Below, in pieces: positions 24,872 through 35,100 of a stretch of DNA of 53,248 bases. Made by a program: the position numbers and the translations under genes. Position 1 is the first letter of the stretch. Each line of letters begins with the position of its first letter. The notes beneath the pieces were generated by a model. That model saw only the letters and a list, made by a program, of their open reading frames with translations, was not told the DNA's origin and did no database searches. Source of the stretch: Myxococcota bacterium (GTDB lineage: Bacteria; Myxococcota_A; Bradymonadia; UBA7976; UBA1532); the NCBI GenBank assembly GCA_036337435.1, contig JAYZEG010000025.1, positions 1-53,248 of the forward strand, given 5' to 3'.

Positions 24872-26557
24872 ATGTCTGCAATCCACATCCTGTACGGTAC
24901 AGAAACCTACAATTCGGAAAGCTTAGCAGAACGGACATCCGATGCGTTGAGCCAACAAGGCTATGCGGTCGAGATCTGGGATATGGACGATGTCGAGCCA
25001 AATTCCCTCTCCCAAATCAAGGTTTTACTGATCATTACCAGTACTTTTGGCGACGGTGACCCCCCTTCGAATGCACAAGGTTTGCACGACTATTTGGTGT
25101 CGCAAGACGCGAGTTCCCTTGCAGGTCTACATTTCAGTGTTTGTGGACTCGGTGACACCGACTACGAGCATTTTTGTCAGTGTGGAAAAGATTTCGATGC
25201 GCGTTTGCATGCGCTTGGTGGCACCCGATTCGCACCAAGAGCTGATTGTGATACAGACTACGAGGAGACTTGGGAAAATTGGCTCGGGGCCGTGATTGAC
25301 GAGCTGCCCAATGTTGATGTCAAACCGACCGATGATTCGATCGATGCAGAGTCTGTCCTGGGCAGCGTGGTTGATAACCATGCCGCTGCAAGCCTCTCCG
25401 GTTCAAATAAACCAGTGGCCTCGGGTGTATATCGACAGTCCGCACCAACGGGTACACGCAAAAATCCTTTTCTCGCGACCGTCCTTGAAAACAAAAACTT
25501 AAATCACAGTGCATCGGACAAAGAAACTCGACATATCGCTCTCAATATCGAGAACTCTGGTATGGATTATCGAGCGGGCGATGCGCTTGGCGTGTTTCCG
25601 AGAAATTGTCCCGACCTGGTTAGACGTATCCTACAGGCCGTAGACATTGAGAGAGACCAAGCGGTTCGGGCTGATGACAATTGGTATACGATTCGCGATA
25701 TGATGTTGTATCGAAAAGACGTGATGCAAATCGACCGACGGTTAATGGAACTCTTAAATCGTCACGCAGTCGGAGACCCCTTTGGTCCTTTGCTTCAGGA
25801 TAAAAAGCAACTCGGCGAGTATTGCCGGCAGCATCAAGTTATCGACCTTGTCGACGCAGCACGTGTGCGTGTACCAGCCCAAGATTTCCTAGCAACATTG
25901 AGACCTCTCGCGCCGCGGTTATACTCCATTTCATCGAGTCCTGAGGCATTTCCGAATGAAATCCATTTGACTGTGAATGTACTTAGGTATGACTTACATG
26001 GCTCGATGCGAAAGGGCGTTGCATCTACTTTTCTAGCAGAACGTACTGGACCCGGTGTTGAGGTTGCCATCTATCTTCAGCGGACCCGTGATTTCCTATT
26101 ATGTGCAGACGATCTCCCCATCATTATGATTGGGCCTGGAACAGGAATTGCGCCCTTCAGAGCATTTCTGCAAGCGCGCGAGGCGAGAGGGGCGTCTGGA
26201 CAATCTTGGGTCTTTTTTGGTTCATTACATGAGTCTATGGACTTCCTCTACCGAGATGAATTGTTGGGATGGGACGAAGATGGTTTGATCGCCAGGCTTG
26301 ACCTTGCCTGGTCCAGAGACCAGGCCCATAAGGTCTATGTCCAGCATAAAATGTATGAGAACGGTGCTGCTCTTTATCGATGGTTAGATGCAGGTGCGGT
26401 GGTCTATGTTTGCGGCGATAAGACCAGAATGGCGAAGGATGTCCACAAGACTTTACTTCGAATCATCCAAGAATTTGGTGCCTACTCGCGCACGGATGCT
26501 GAAGAGTACCTGAGTCAGCTAGAGACCGACGGACGGTATCTGCGGGATGTGTACTGA
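24872..26557 (+). CDS. Diflavin reductase, sulfite reductase flavoprotein (CysJ)-like: flavodoxin + FAD/NADPH domains
   Basis: YGTETYNS, TSTFGDGDPP, GLGDTDY..FC, RLYSISS, GVAS, MIGPGTGIAPF, YVCGD and C-terminal RDVY. Confidence 0.9.
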   Translation: MSAIHILYGTETYNSESLAERTSDALSQQGYAVEIWDMDDVEPNSLSQIKVLLIITSTFGDGDPPSNAQGLHDYLVSQDASSLAGLHFSVCGLGDTDYEHFCQCGKDFDARLHALGGTRFAPRADCDTDYEETWENWLGAVIDELPNVDVKPTDDSIDAESVLGSVVDNHAAASLSGSNKPVASGVYRQSAPTGTRKNPFLATVLENKNLNHSASDKETRHIALNIENSGMDYRAGDALGVFPRNCPDLVRRILQAVDIERDQAVRADDNWYTIRDMMLYRKDVMQIDRRLMELLNRHAVGDPFGPLLQDKKQLGEYCRQHQVIDLVDAARVRVPAQDFLATLRPLAPRLYSISSSPEAFPNEIHLTVNVLRYDLHGSMRKGVASTFLAERTGPGVEVAIYLQRTRDFLLCADDLPIIMIGPGTGIAPFRAFLQAREARGASGQSWVFFGSLHESMDFLYRDELLGWDEDGLIARLDLAWSRDQAHKVYVQHKMYENGAALYRWLDAGAVVYVCGDKTRMAKDVHKTLLRIIQEFGAYSRTDAEEYLSQLETDGRYLRDVY

Positions 26558-26570
26558 CGTGCCGCCAGTC

Positions 26571-28058
26571 CTAGTTCATGTTGATAATGATGGTTTTTCG
26601 ATGGGTAAAGTGTTCAAGCATTGAGTCCAGTGATGCCTCTTTGCCGATGCCCGACGTCTTGACACCCCCGTAGGGTAACATCGGTTGTACGACCACGTTT
26701 TGGTTCACTTGAACGAAGCCTGCTTCAAGCTCGTGGACCGCACGCATAGCGACACTTAAATCCTGGGTCCAAATTGTGGCCGCGAGGCCATATTCACTGT
26801 CGTTGGCCATATGGATTGCTTCTTCATAGGTATCAAATGGAATCACGCAGGTCACAGGTCCAAAGATTTCTTCTTTGGCGACTTTATGGTCGTTGGACAG
26901 ACCGGTTATTATGGCTGGTCGGACAAACAATCCTGACTTTAAATGTTGGTCCGAGGGCAGTGTCGCGCACTCCCGAACCCTCCCCGACGGATCCGATTTC
27001 GCTAAATTGACATAGGTCTTCACGCGCTCGAATTGTGCCGGAGAGACAATGGTTCCGATGTCCGTTTCCTCGTCTAGCGGGTCGCCCATGACCATTTGAT
27101 CGACCGCCGCTGCCATTTGCTCGACAAAGGTTTCAATGAGTGAGCTGTGAACGAAAATTCTGCTCGCAGCGGTGCAGCTTTGGCCCTGACGAGTGAAACG
27201 AACACCCGTAATTGCCCCTGCGACTGCACGGTCAAGATCGGCATCGGACATGACAATCATCGGACTTTTGCCGCCGAGTTCGAGCGTTACCGGCACCAGC
27301 TTTTCTGCAGCCGCTCGATGAATGATCCGACCCGTTTCAACAGAGCCGGTAAAACTAATCTTGGCTACATTCGGATGTTCGGCCAACGGTCCACCACAAA
27401 CTGGGCCATCGCCCGAGAGAATGTTGAACAGACCCTTGGGCAGTATCTGGTTGAGCAGTTGGCATACCCTGAGACAACAGAGCGGCGTTTCTTCTGCCGA
27501 TTTGACAACAACTGAATTACCAGCGACCAGCGCGGGGGCGATTTTGAGAGCCATCAGATACATTGGAACGTTCCATGGAATGATGGCACCAACGACCCCC
27601 ACAGGCTCTCTGATGGTCATGGTCAATGAGGTTGTATTATAAGGGATGGTTTCGCCTTTAAGCTCTGATGCGAGGCCACCGAAATAGATGAAGCTATCGG
27701 CCAGGATTGACGCTTCTACTCGGCTCTCTGTTCGAAGGGCCTTACCGGATTCGAGGGCAACTAGCCGGCCTAACTCTTCTACATGCTCATTGAGTAATCG
27801 GCCGCATTCCGCGACGATCTTACCCCGTTCACGCGCTGATTTTGATGCCCAATCGCGTTGCGCTTCTACAGCTGAGGCAACCGCCAGTTCGACGTCTCGC
27901 GCATCGCCTGCAGCGGCCTGTCCAATGGTTTGACCCGTAGCCGGATTGAGGACGGGAAAGGTCTCACCCGACTGCGCGGCTGTAAGCGCGCCGTCAATGA
28001 AATGATATCCAGACAATTCGTGTGCGAGCTGGAATGGGTCATGATTGGGTTTAAGCAT
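26571..28058 (-). CDS. NAD(P)-dependent aldehyde dehydrogenase
   Basis: IPWNVP, FTGS, LELGGKSP (catalytic Glu), GQSCTA (catalytic Cys), EEIFGP and PYGGVK. Confidence 0.95.
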   Translation of the reverse strand: MLKPNHDPFQLAHELSGYHFIDGALTAAQSGETFPVLNPATGQTIGQAAAGDARDVELAVASAVEAQRDWASKSARERGKIVAECGRLLNEHVEELGRLVALESGKALRTESRVEASILADSFIYFGGLASELKGETIPYNTTSLTMTIREPVGVVGAIIPWNVPMYLMALKIAPALVAGNSVVVKSAEETPLCCLRVCQLLNQILPKGLFNILSGDGPVCGGPLAEHPNVAKISFTGSVETGRIIHRAAAEKLVPVTLELGGKSPMIVMSDADLDRAVAGAITGVRFTRQGQSCTAASRIFVHSSLIETFVEQMAAAVDQMVMGDPLDEETDIGTIVSPAQFERVKTYVNLAKSDPSGRVRECATLPSDQHLKSGLFVRPAIITGLSNDHKVAKEEIFGPVTCVIPFDTYEEAIHMANDSEYGLAATIWTQDLSVAMRAVHELEAGFVQVNQNVVVQPMLPYGGVKTSGIGKEASLDSMLEHFTHRKTIIINMN

Positions 28059-28139
28059 TTTAAACTCCTTTTAAAATCGAACGGCGCATCAGACGTAGCC
28101 AGCACTCGGTTTTAGGCGGCCGCAATGACTGGGACTGAC

Positions 28140-29462
28140 CTAGGTGCCGGACAGTTGAATGTTTTCAAATACACAACTTGGGCAGCCCATGGGGCTATTT
28201 GGATTCGGGTCGTTTCCCAAGGCGATCAGGCCATTCCAGATGTCCCCAAAGTGGCCTGCGAGATTAGCTTCTGCAAATGGTTCTGCGAGTTGTCCATTAC
28301 GGATAAAACGGCCTGCGCATCCCAGACTAATCTCGCCCGTTGTTTCATTACTGTTTCCACCAAGAAAACGCTCGATGAGAAGACCGTTTTGAGCGTTGGT
28401 AACCAATCCATTCAAATCCTGTGTCCCCAGCGCGAAATCTAAGTCATGGGTGTCGCCACCAGTTGGCTCTACACCCATCTTTCGAGCGTAATACTGGTCG
28501 ATTAAGTAGGTCGATAAAACCCCTTTTTCGATGATGGGCCTGCTGCGTGTGGCGAAACCGTCGGAATCCCATAGGGACGCACCGAGACTTCTCGGTCGAT
28601 GTGGTTCGTCAAAAATTGTAATCAGTGGGCTGGTAATTTGAGTGCCAAGTCTGCCTTCCCAGAGGCTTCTCCGCTGCTGAATCAACGACCCTGAAATTGG
28701 CGAAAGTAAAGCCCCAAGCAGGCGACCGATAGCCCGGCTATCGATAACCACGGTGTATTTGCCTGTTTGGACTCGACCTGAACCGAGTTGGGCTGCTGCA
28801 CGCTGGCACGCTTTTTTGGCAATCCAATCTAGAGAATCCATGTCTTCTTGATGCCGCCGATACGTGTAATCCCAGCCCATGGGTCTGCGCCCGTCATCAT
28901 CGAGAACCGTCAGCATTGCAGATGCGGAAAAACTACTGACCTTTCGCTGGCCAATAAAGCCATTGGAATGCACTCTAGCACTCTCTCCGATACCGTCGCT
29001 TATGTTCGATGAGACCGACACGATCGGCAAGTTGGCGCCGCTCTCGCGTACCAAAGCTTCTAGCCGTTGAACGCGGTCACGCCGCTCCAAACTGTCCACA
29101 TGGGCCGCGGATTCATCGTAGAGGTCGAGGTCCACATCCGCTCTGCCTTCGTACCTCACTGAATCGGGCAGACCCCGATGCGGGTCAGGCTCCAGAAGAC
29201 GTGTCATGGCGACAGCATCTTCGAAAAAACGTGCGAGAGCATCTGGTCGAAGGTCGCTCGTTGAGCTCGCACTGTAGCGGCCGTTGACGTAGATTTCAGC
29301 GCTCAAAGATTGCCGAGTCTTTTCGGTGACACGCTCTAGCGCACCATCTCGCCATTCCAAGTCAACTCCTCGAGATCTTGAGACCGCGACCGAAGACGCA
29401 TCGGCACCCATTCGCTCTGCGAGTTCGACGGCGGACAGAGCTGAATCCAATAACGTACTCAT
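28140..29462 (-). CDS. pmbA: TldE/PmbA family protein
   Basis: WDSDGF…IIEKGVLSTYL, GGNSNETTGEIS and EANLAG. No HExxxH motif. Start overlaps the tldD stop. Confidence 0.88.
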   Translation of the reverse strand: MSTLLDSALSAVELAERMGADASSVAVSRSRGVDLEWRDGALERVTEKTRQSLSAEIYVNGRYSASSTSDLRPDALARFFEDAVAMTRLLEPDPHRGLPDSVRYEGRADVDLDLYDESAAHVDSLERRDRVQRLEALVRESGANLPIVSVSSNISDGIGESARVHSNGFIGQRKVSSFSASAMLTVLDDDGRRPMGWDYTYRRHQEDMDSLDWIAKKACQRAAAQLGSGRVQTGKYTVVIDSRAIGRLLGALLSPISGSLIQQRRSLWEGRLGTQITSPLITIFDEPHRPRSLGASLWDSDGFATRSRPIIEKGVLSTYLIDQYYARKMGVEPTGGDTHDLDFALGTQDLNGLVTNAQNGLLIERFLGGNSNETTGEISLGCAGRFIRNGQLAEPFAEANLAGHFGDIWNGLIALGNDPNPNSPMGCPSCVFENIQLSGT

Positions 29463-30964
29463 AAACCACCCTCATTGACACCACCAATGGTGATGTCGGA
29501 CACTCGAACCGTTGGCATCCCAAGGGAAACGGGGACTGATTGACCATCTTTGCCACAAACCCATCCGCCCTCATCAAACTTAAAGTCGTTGCCGACCATA
29601 TCGGTCTTTTGGAGTACATCGGGTCCATTCCCAATGATGTTGGTGTCTTTGATGGGCTGGGTAAGTTTGCCATCTTCGATCAAATAACCAGTCTTGATAT
29701 AGAAGGTGAAGTCGCCGGCACCGATCATGACTTGGCCATTGGTAAATGTCTCTGCATAGATGCCCCGCTTGACGGAGCCAATGATTTCTTCCGGGTCGTG
29801 AGGACCTGGCATCATGTATGTGTTTCGCATTCGCGGAAGGGGGGCATGACGAAACGATTGTCGTCGGCCGTTGCCGGTGGGCTCTACACCGTAATGCTTG
29901 GCGCTAATTCGGTCATGCATATAGGTCCGGAGAATTCCGTTTTCGACGAGAACAGTTCGCTGTCCGGTTCGCCCTTCATCATCGATATTGATGGACCCTC
30001 GAGCCTGAGCTTGGGTTCCATCATCTACGATCGTGACCGTGTCCGGTGCGATGGGTTGATTGAGCTTATCACTGTAGACAGAGATGTTTTTGCGATTGAA
30101 ATCAGCTTCCATACCGTGGCCGATCGCTTCGTGCAGCAAGATACCCGATGAGCCTGCAGCCAAGACAATGGGCAGGCTGCCTGCCGGTGCGGGCTTCGCG
30201 TCGAAGAGAAACGCCGTTCGCTTGACAGCTTCGTTGGCGAGGCCATCGATTCGGTCAGGTGTATAGAATTCAAAACCTTGGCGTCCAGCTAGGTTCATGC
30301 TGTTGCTTTCTCTCCGGCCATTCTTTTCCGCAGTACAGCTCACACTGATCCGAGTCATCGGTTGGCGATCAAAGCGCATGTTGCCATCTGAGTCGACAAT
30401 GAACACGGCCCCTTCGCTGTTGGCGAACCCAACCTGCACCTTGATGATTCGAGAGTCAGCCGAAAAGACTTTCTCGTTGACTGCATTCAGGATGGGCATC
30501 TTTTCATCAATCCCAACGGTCGACCACTCGATATCAACGGGGTATCGGTCGGGCGTTGGTGTGCTATTGAGCGCGATTGGATCGAGTCTTGGTGCCCCAT
30601 TTGCTACGACAGCTGCTGTTGCTGCCGCATCCAGGACCGATTTCCGAGAGAGGTCTTCAGTGTACGAATAGCCGGTCTGATCGCCTTTTATGACACGAAT
30701 GCCGACGCCGAGGGAAATCGCTGAGAATGCGCGGTTGACCGCGCCGTCTTGGAGCCCGACATGATGGGCGACCCGGTGTTCGAAAAATAATTCCGCCCAG
30801 TCTCCACCACTTGATAATGCTTTTTCGAAGCTGGTCTGGATGAGGTTTCTGTCGACTCCGAAGTGGGCAAAGTATCCCAAGCCATCTTCCGATTTTGATC
30901 GGACGATGGAGTCGCCGGCCGAATGCCCGAAGGGTGACAAATTTACTCGATTGGCATCAGACAT
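29459..30964 (-). CDS. tldD: TldD metalloprotease
   Basis: GVGIRV, HEAIGHGMEAD metal site, IDDEG, PRMRNT and CGKDGQSVPV. Confidence 0.95.
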   Translation of the reverse strand: MSDANRVNLSPFGHSAGDSIVRSKSEDGLGYFAHFGVDRNLIQTSFEKALSSGGDWAELFFEHRVAHHVGLQDGAVNRAFSAISLGVGIRVIKGDQTGYSYTEDLSRKSVLDAAATAAVVANGAPRLDPIALNSTPTPDRYPVDIEWSTVGIDEKMPILNAVNEKVFSADSRIIKVQVGFANSEGAVFIVDSDGNMRFDRQPMTRISVSCTAEKNGRRESNSMNLAGRQGFEFYTPDRIDGLANEAVKRTAFLFDAKPAPAGSLPIVLAAGSSGILLHEAIGHGMEADFNRKNISVYSDKLNQPIAPDTVTIVDDGTQAQARGSINIDDEGRTGQRTVLVENGILRTYMHDRISAKHYGVEPTGNGRRQSFRHAPLPRMRNTYMMPGPHDPEEIIGSVKRGIYAETFTNGQVMIGAGDFTFYIKTGYLIEDGKLTQPIKDTNIIGNGPDVLQKTDMVGNDFKFDEGGWVCGKDGQSVPVSLGMPTVRVSDITIGGVNEGGL

Positions 30965-30973
30965 AAGGCACTC

Positions 30974-31420
30974 TCACTCAAGGCCTTGGGAAACCAACAA
31001 GTCACCGATCCTCGGCATGGCCGCAACCACTTGTTTCTTCCCCTGGGGTCTTAATTTGTTGTAAGCCTTGACCAGGGTACGATGTTTACTTCGTTGTGCT
31101 CGGCCATCTGTGATGGCGAGCAATGAATCAGCAACTTGATCTGCTTCGCTGATGAGGTACTGCCTGAGGTTACCTGATTCGGTTGCCCTGTAGTCCATAT
31201 AGATCGGCTCTAATTGGGTTACAAAATCTTCAATGAGGACGTTGACGACATCAGGAATGATTCCAGGTTTGACGGCTTTGACCGTCTTGAAAGCTGTTTT
31301 AATCACCAAGCCACCCATCCCTGATTTACTTCCGACTTCGGCTTCTATCACCTCGACGCAGCCGTTCACGAATGGACCCCGTGCTTCGTCGGTGAGTAAT
31401 CTGTCTTTCAGTGATGCCAT
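30974..31420 (-). CDS. Small helical conserved hypothetical protein (DUF6918-like)
   Basis: Pattern EVxSKSG.GG..IK..FK.VK.VKPG…ADSLLAITDGRA…Y.KLRP…V..AMP. GAGGAG RBS; ends 9 bp before tldD. Confidence 0.7.
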   Translation of the reverse strand: MASLKDRLLTDEARGPFVNGCVEVIEAEVGSKSGMGGLVIKTAFKTVKAVKPGIIPDVVNVLIEDFVTQLEPIYMDYRATESGNLRQYLISEADQVADSLLAITDGRAQRSKHRTLVKAYNKLRPQGKKQVVAAMPRIGDLLVSQGLE

Positions 31421-31627
31421 GCCCTAAACTCCTATTCTCCTCGGATTCGAAGCAACACCCTATCGAACTGTGTCCGTCTGCGCGAGACTGTTTTTAACGA
31501 CACTGCATCGGCGTACTCCCAACGGTCAGATTAAGGCTGGATCTGGGTGTGTCGTTTCTGGGAGAATGAAAAGAATAGGGACCCGTTTGTGAGCCTTGTT
31601 GGCCGCAACTTCATCGAAAGCCGGAAG

Positions 31628-31656
31628 TGGACTTGAAGGCGGGACGGATATACAGT
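31628..31656 (+). promoter_or_regulatory. Candidate sigma70 promoter
   Basis: TGGACT-17bp-TACAGT upstream of an AAGGA RBS and ATG 31687. Confidence 0.3.
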
Positions 31657-31686
31657 CAGACCTCCAAGCATGTCTAAGGATGATCG

Positions 31687-32181
31687 ATGTCTGCTCGATT
31701 GCTTCTATGTTCTTTTCTCGCCTTAGGCTTTTCTGCCTGTCTCATTGAGGATGACCTTGGTGATGACGTTCGAGAGGTTCGTGCTCGCCTGACAACGGCA
31801 GCTCTGGTCATCGACCAAGACACCGAGAATCGTGTCGATTTTGTATTCGAATATCTCCTCGGTCTCATTGATAAGGACGGGATTGATGACATTCAGTGGA
31901 CCTATTCGTTGATGGACACCGACGGGGTTGAATTGGCTAGCGAGACTCAACTTATGCGGGAAGCGCAACCTGATCGAACAGAGATTTTTGTGCAAGGTGA
32001 ACGCCCTCGTCAGTTGGCACTTGGTCAATGGACGCCACAATCTGATGTCACCTATATCCTCAAGGTCAGTCTTGGGTACAGGATGGACATCCTCCACGAG
32101 CAGTTTGCCGCTTTGACGCTCTCTGAGCCTCATGAGGATCGCGCGGATATCGGCGACATACCCCAGTTTTCAACGCGTTGA
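31687..32181 (+). CDS. Hypothetical acidic lipoprotein
   Basis: Signal peptide ending FSAC, AAGGA RBS and an acidic mature domain. Confidence 0.7.
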   Translation: MSARLLLCSFLALGFSACLIEDDLGDDVREVRARLTTAALVIDQDTENRVDFVFEYLLGLIDKDGIDDIQWTYSLMDTDGVELASETQLMREAQPDRTEIFVQGERPRQLALGQWTPQSDVTYILKVSLGYRMDILHEQFAALTLSEPHEDRADIGDIPQFSTR

Positions 32182-32192
32182 CCGGACAAGAT

Positions 32193-35100
32193 TTATGTAG
32201 ATGTACCGGTTTCGTCTTCTCGTTCTGCCCACAAGTTTTCGATCGTATGTAGTTCCGGAGGAACGGCCGCATCGATTCCTCTGAGAATGTCGATTGCTGT
32301 GTACCAATCTTTCCGTCCACCCCGGCCAAGATGATACCGAATGATGCTGCGAAGGCCCAACAGCCGCGCCCGCACCAAACCGTTTTCTATTTCGCCAGAG
32401 TTGAGCGCGCTGGATAGGTCGTCAAGAGCATCTTGACTCCGGTCTTCCACGAGGGCAGTGGTGGCAGATAGAATCGTCAAACCCTGGATTGCGCGCGGTC
32501 GTACGGAGGCGATGAGTCTGAGAAGACCATCGCCAGGAACAAGGTTGAAGGCCCCCGTTTTAGTCCAATCGGTCAAAAATTGTCCCAGATAGGCCTGAAG
32601 TGCCAGCGTACTCCGCTCTTTGCGTAGTTCACGAATATCTGCAAAAGCAAAAAGCTGCTCATTTACGGACACGTCATGCAGCATGTCCGCTGCACTTTGC
32701 CAATCATGCATCAACAGCCGTTGCTGGATCCGAACCAGGCTGAGCCGCGCATGGGGAATCGACGGGGGGGTCGCGGGAAGAGCTTTACCGGCTTCTTCTA
32801 TGAAACTGTTGGCCACGCGTTCATCGCCGCCAGACAGGACGGCCCTGCCTTGAAGAATACTGGCTAAGGCTCTGATACTCGGGAGCTTCTGCTTGCGTGC
32901 TTGTCTGAGAAGATGTCCCATTTCTCGACGGGCCGTGCCGATGTGTCCGCTGTCTAGAAGAGCGCAGCCAAATGAGAGCCGCAAGCGGGCCAAGAGTAAC
33001 GTATCGAGAGATGCTTTATCTTTGATTTCATCCAAAACAGCTTGTAAGCGGTCCACCGCATCATTGGCATGCCCGATGGCGCGCAAATAAGCGGCCTCTG
33101 CCAAGACGAAATGTCCAGCCCATTCAGGGCCTTCATCGGAAATGTTTTCGGCACACCAGGTGAGAATTCTCTCCGCCTCCCGATAATCACCATCGGTGTT
33201 CGACTGTGCGAGCAATTGTACGACGACCAATTGACTCCAGGCCTCGCGATTGCCCTTTGTGAGCTCTCGAGCTTTGTCGGGTAGGAAATCTACAAGGCTC
33301 GACGCCAGTGGCACATGAGCACCTGTCGGCAAATCGACGGCGTGTATTTCATATTCAGCAAGTTGCCCGGCGAGGAGGTGAAATTGGCATCGCCGACCCC
33401 GTAGAGAGTACGCTCGATCTCCATCGATCTCTTCAAGAGAGCCGATGGCTGCCGCTGCCTGCGCATGTTGGCCACAGCGGGCTAAACTATCGACAAGGTC
33501 GCCCCATAGATCACTTAAGTTCTCTGTTTCTGTTGTTGTGGCTATGGCCAGTTGAATCATTTCCACGGCCCGTGGGTGTTTTCCGTCGACGCGGGCGCGC
33601 TTCGCTTCAGCTCTCGCGTAATTTTCAGTCTCTGAATCTAGTCCGATCGCACGCCAATGCATGCGGATTGAACGGGCTGGACCGCGGTTTTTCTGGTGGG
33701 CAAGGGCGAGCTTTTCATGCCACTGCTCAATGTGTTCTGTTTGCTTCCTTACAACCGCCATCATCGGCTCATGTGCCCCAACGATGAAGGCTTGTTCATC
33801 GCCTGTCGTCATGAGATCGGCGACGTCTTCTGCGGAGAGGCTACGGAGTGCTTCGTAAAGGGTCTTTGCGTCCAGTCCGGTCGCATCTTGCATCGTCGCA
33901 ACCGTCAACGGTTCACCATTGACGGCCAATGCAGTCACGACGGCTTTGGCATTGTCGCCCAATCGGTCGAGTTGTCTTGCAATTGTCTGTTCCAACGAAG
34001 GCGGTTCGGCATCAAGATCATCTTTTAGTGCGTCGATCATTGCCGAAACGAGCAGGGGGTTTCCGGCTGTTTCCCGTTGGATGTATTCCGCCAGCCACAG
34101 TGGCGGTGGCTGCATATGTACGGCCAGGTAATGCCGTGTCTCTGTCTGGCTGAAAGGCGATAATTCGATGCGCCGACTCTGCTTTCGGGTGTAGACGAAT
34201 TCGAGGAAATCATGGAGTCGTCCTCCATGCTCCAAACGTTCCGTTTGTACAGTGAACACCAACATGACGGGTGGTGGCGAACCCCCTGAAAGGAGGTTCT
34301 CTAGGACATCGCAGACCGATTCATCGGCCAAATGTAAATGCTCGATGACCAGCAATAATACCCGATTCTTGCTTGCGAGGGCACTGAGCCAGCGATGCAG
34401 TCCGGACGCGGGCGTCGACCGACCGTCATCAACACCGTGCTCTTCCTCTGGTAGGAGTTCACCGAGAAATCCGAAAGCATCGATGAGCGCGGCCCTTTCC
34501 CCTAGGTCAAATCGGCGCATGATTTGAGCCGTCTCTCGGCGATATGCCTCGGCCAGTCGTTCAACCAGGGTATCGATGCCTCGCATCGGAACATGATCGC
34601 GCTGGACACAGGTGCCAGAGAATACCGTTGCCCCAAGCAATCGAGCACTGGTCGCAAACCGCTCCAACAGAGCGGTTTTACCGAATCCTGACTGTCCTTC
34701 AACAATGACCACTCGGCCGGCACCATCGGCGACGTCCGTCAAGGTTTCATGGAGGACTCTCCGTTCGTGAACGCGCCCGATGAATTCGAAGCTGTTCGCT
34801 TTCACGGTGTCATCCACACGGATCATCGCCAGGGCTTCCCTGGCCGTTGGTCGGTCGGCCGGATCTTTGCGAAGTAAGGCGTAGCATAGCTCGCTCAGTT
34901 CAGATGTCTGTGGCAGAGCCGGTGGTTTTTCCGTCCGATGCTTAAGAGCAACATCAGCACTGGCACCAGTAAAGGGCGGTTTGCCAGAGAGAAGCTCAAA
35001 CAGGAGGACACCGACCGAATACAAGTCTGCCTTTGGCCCCACGTCTGAGCCTTTCGATTGCTCAGGACTAAAGTAAGTGGATGTTCCAAAGACTTGAGAC

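Noticed and set aside
29540..30151. 203-aa plus-strand ORF and similar long antisense ORFs (e.g. 36795-37346, 22997-23536)
   Set aside because: They lie wholly or largely opposite well-supported genes and carry no motifs of their own.
28140..31420. TldD/E as part of a RiPP (microcin B17-like) cluster, with Gly-rich tracts as precursors
   Set aside because: No YcaO, dehydrogenase, radical SAM, exporter or short precursor ORF is nearby. The Gly tracts sit inside large exported lipoproteins.
31476..31495. Terminator-like hairpin plus T run on the plus strand
   Set aside because: The stem is only 4 bp and there is no plus-strand gene upstream to terminate.
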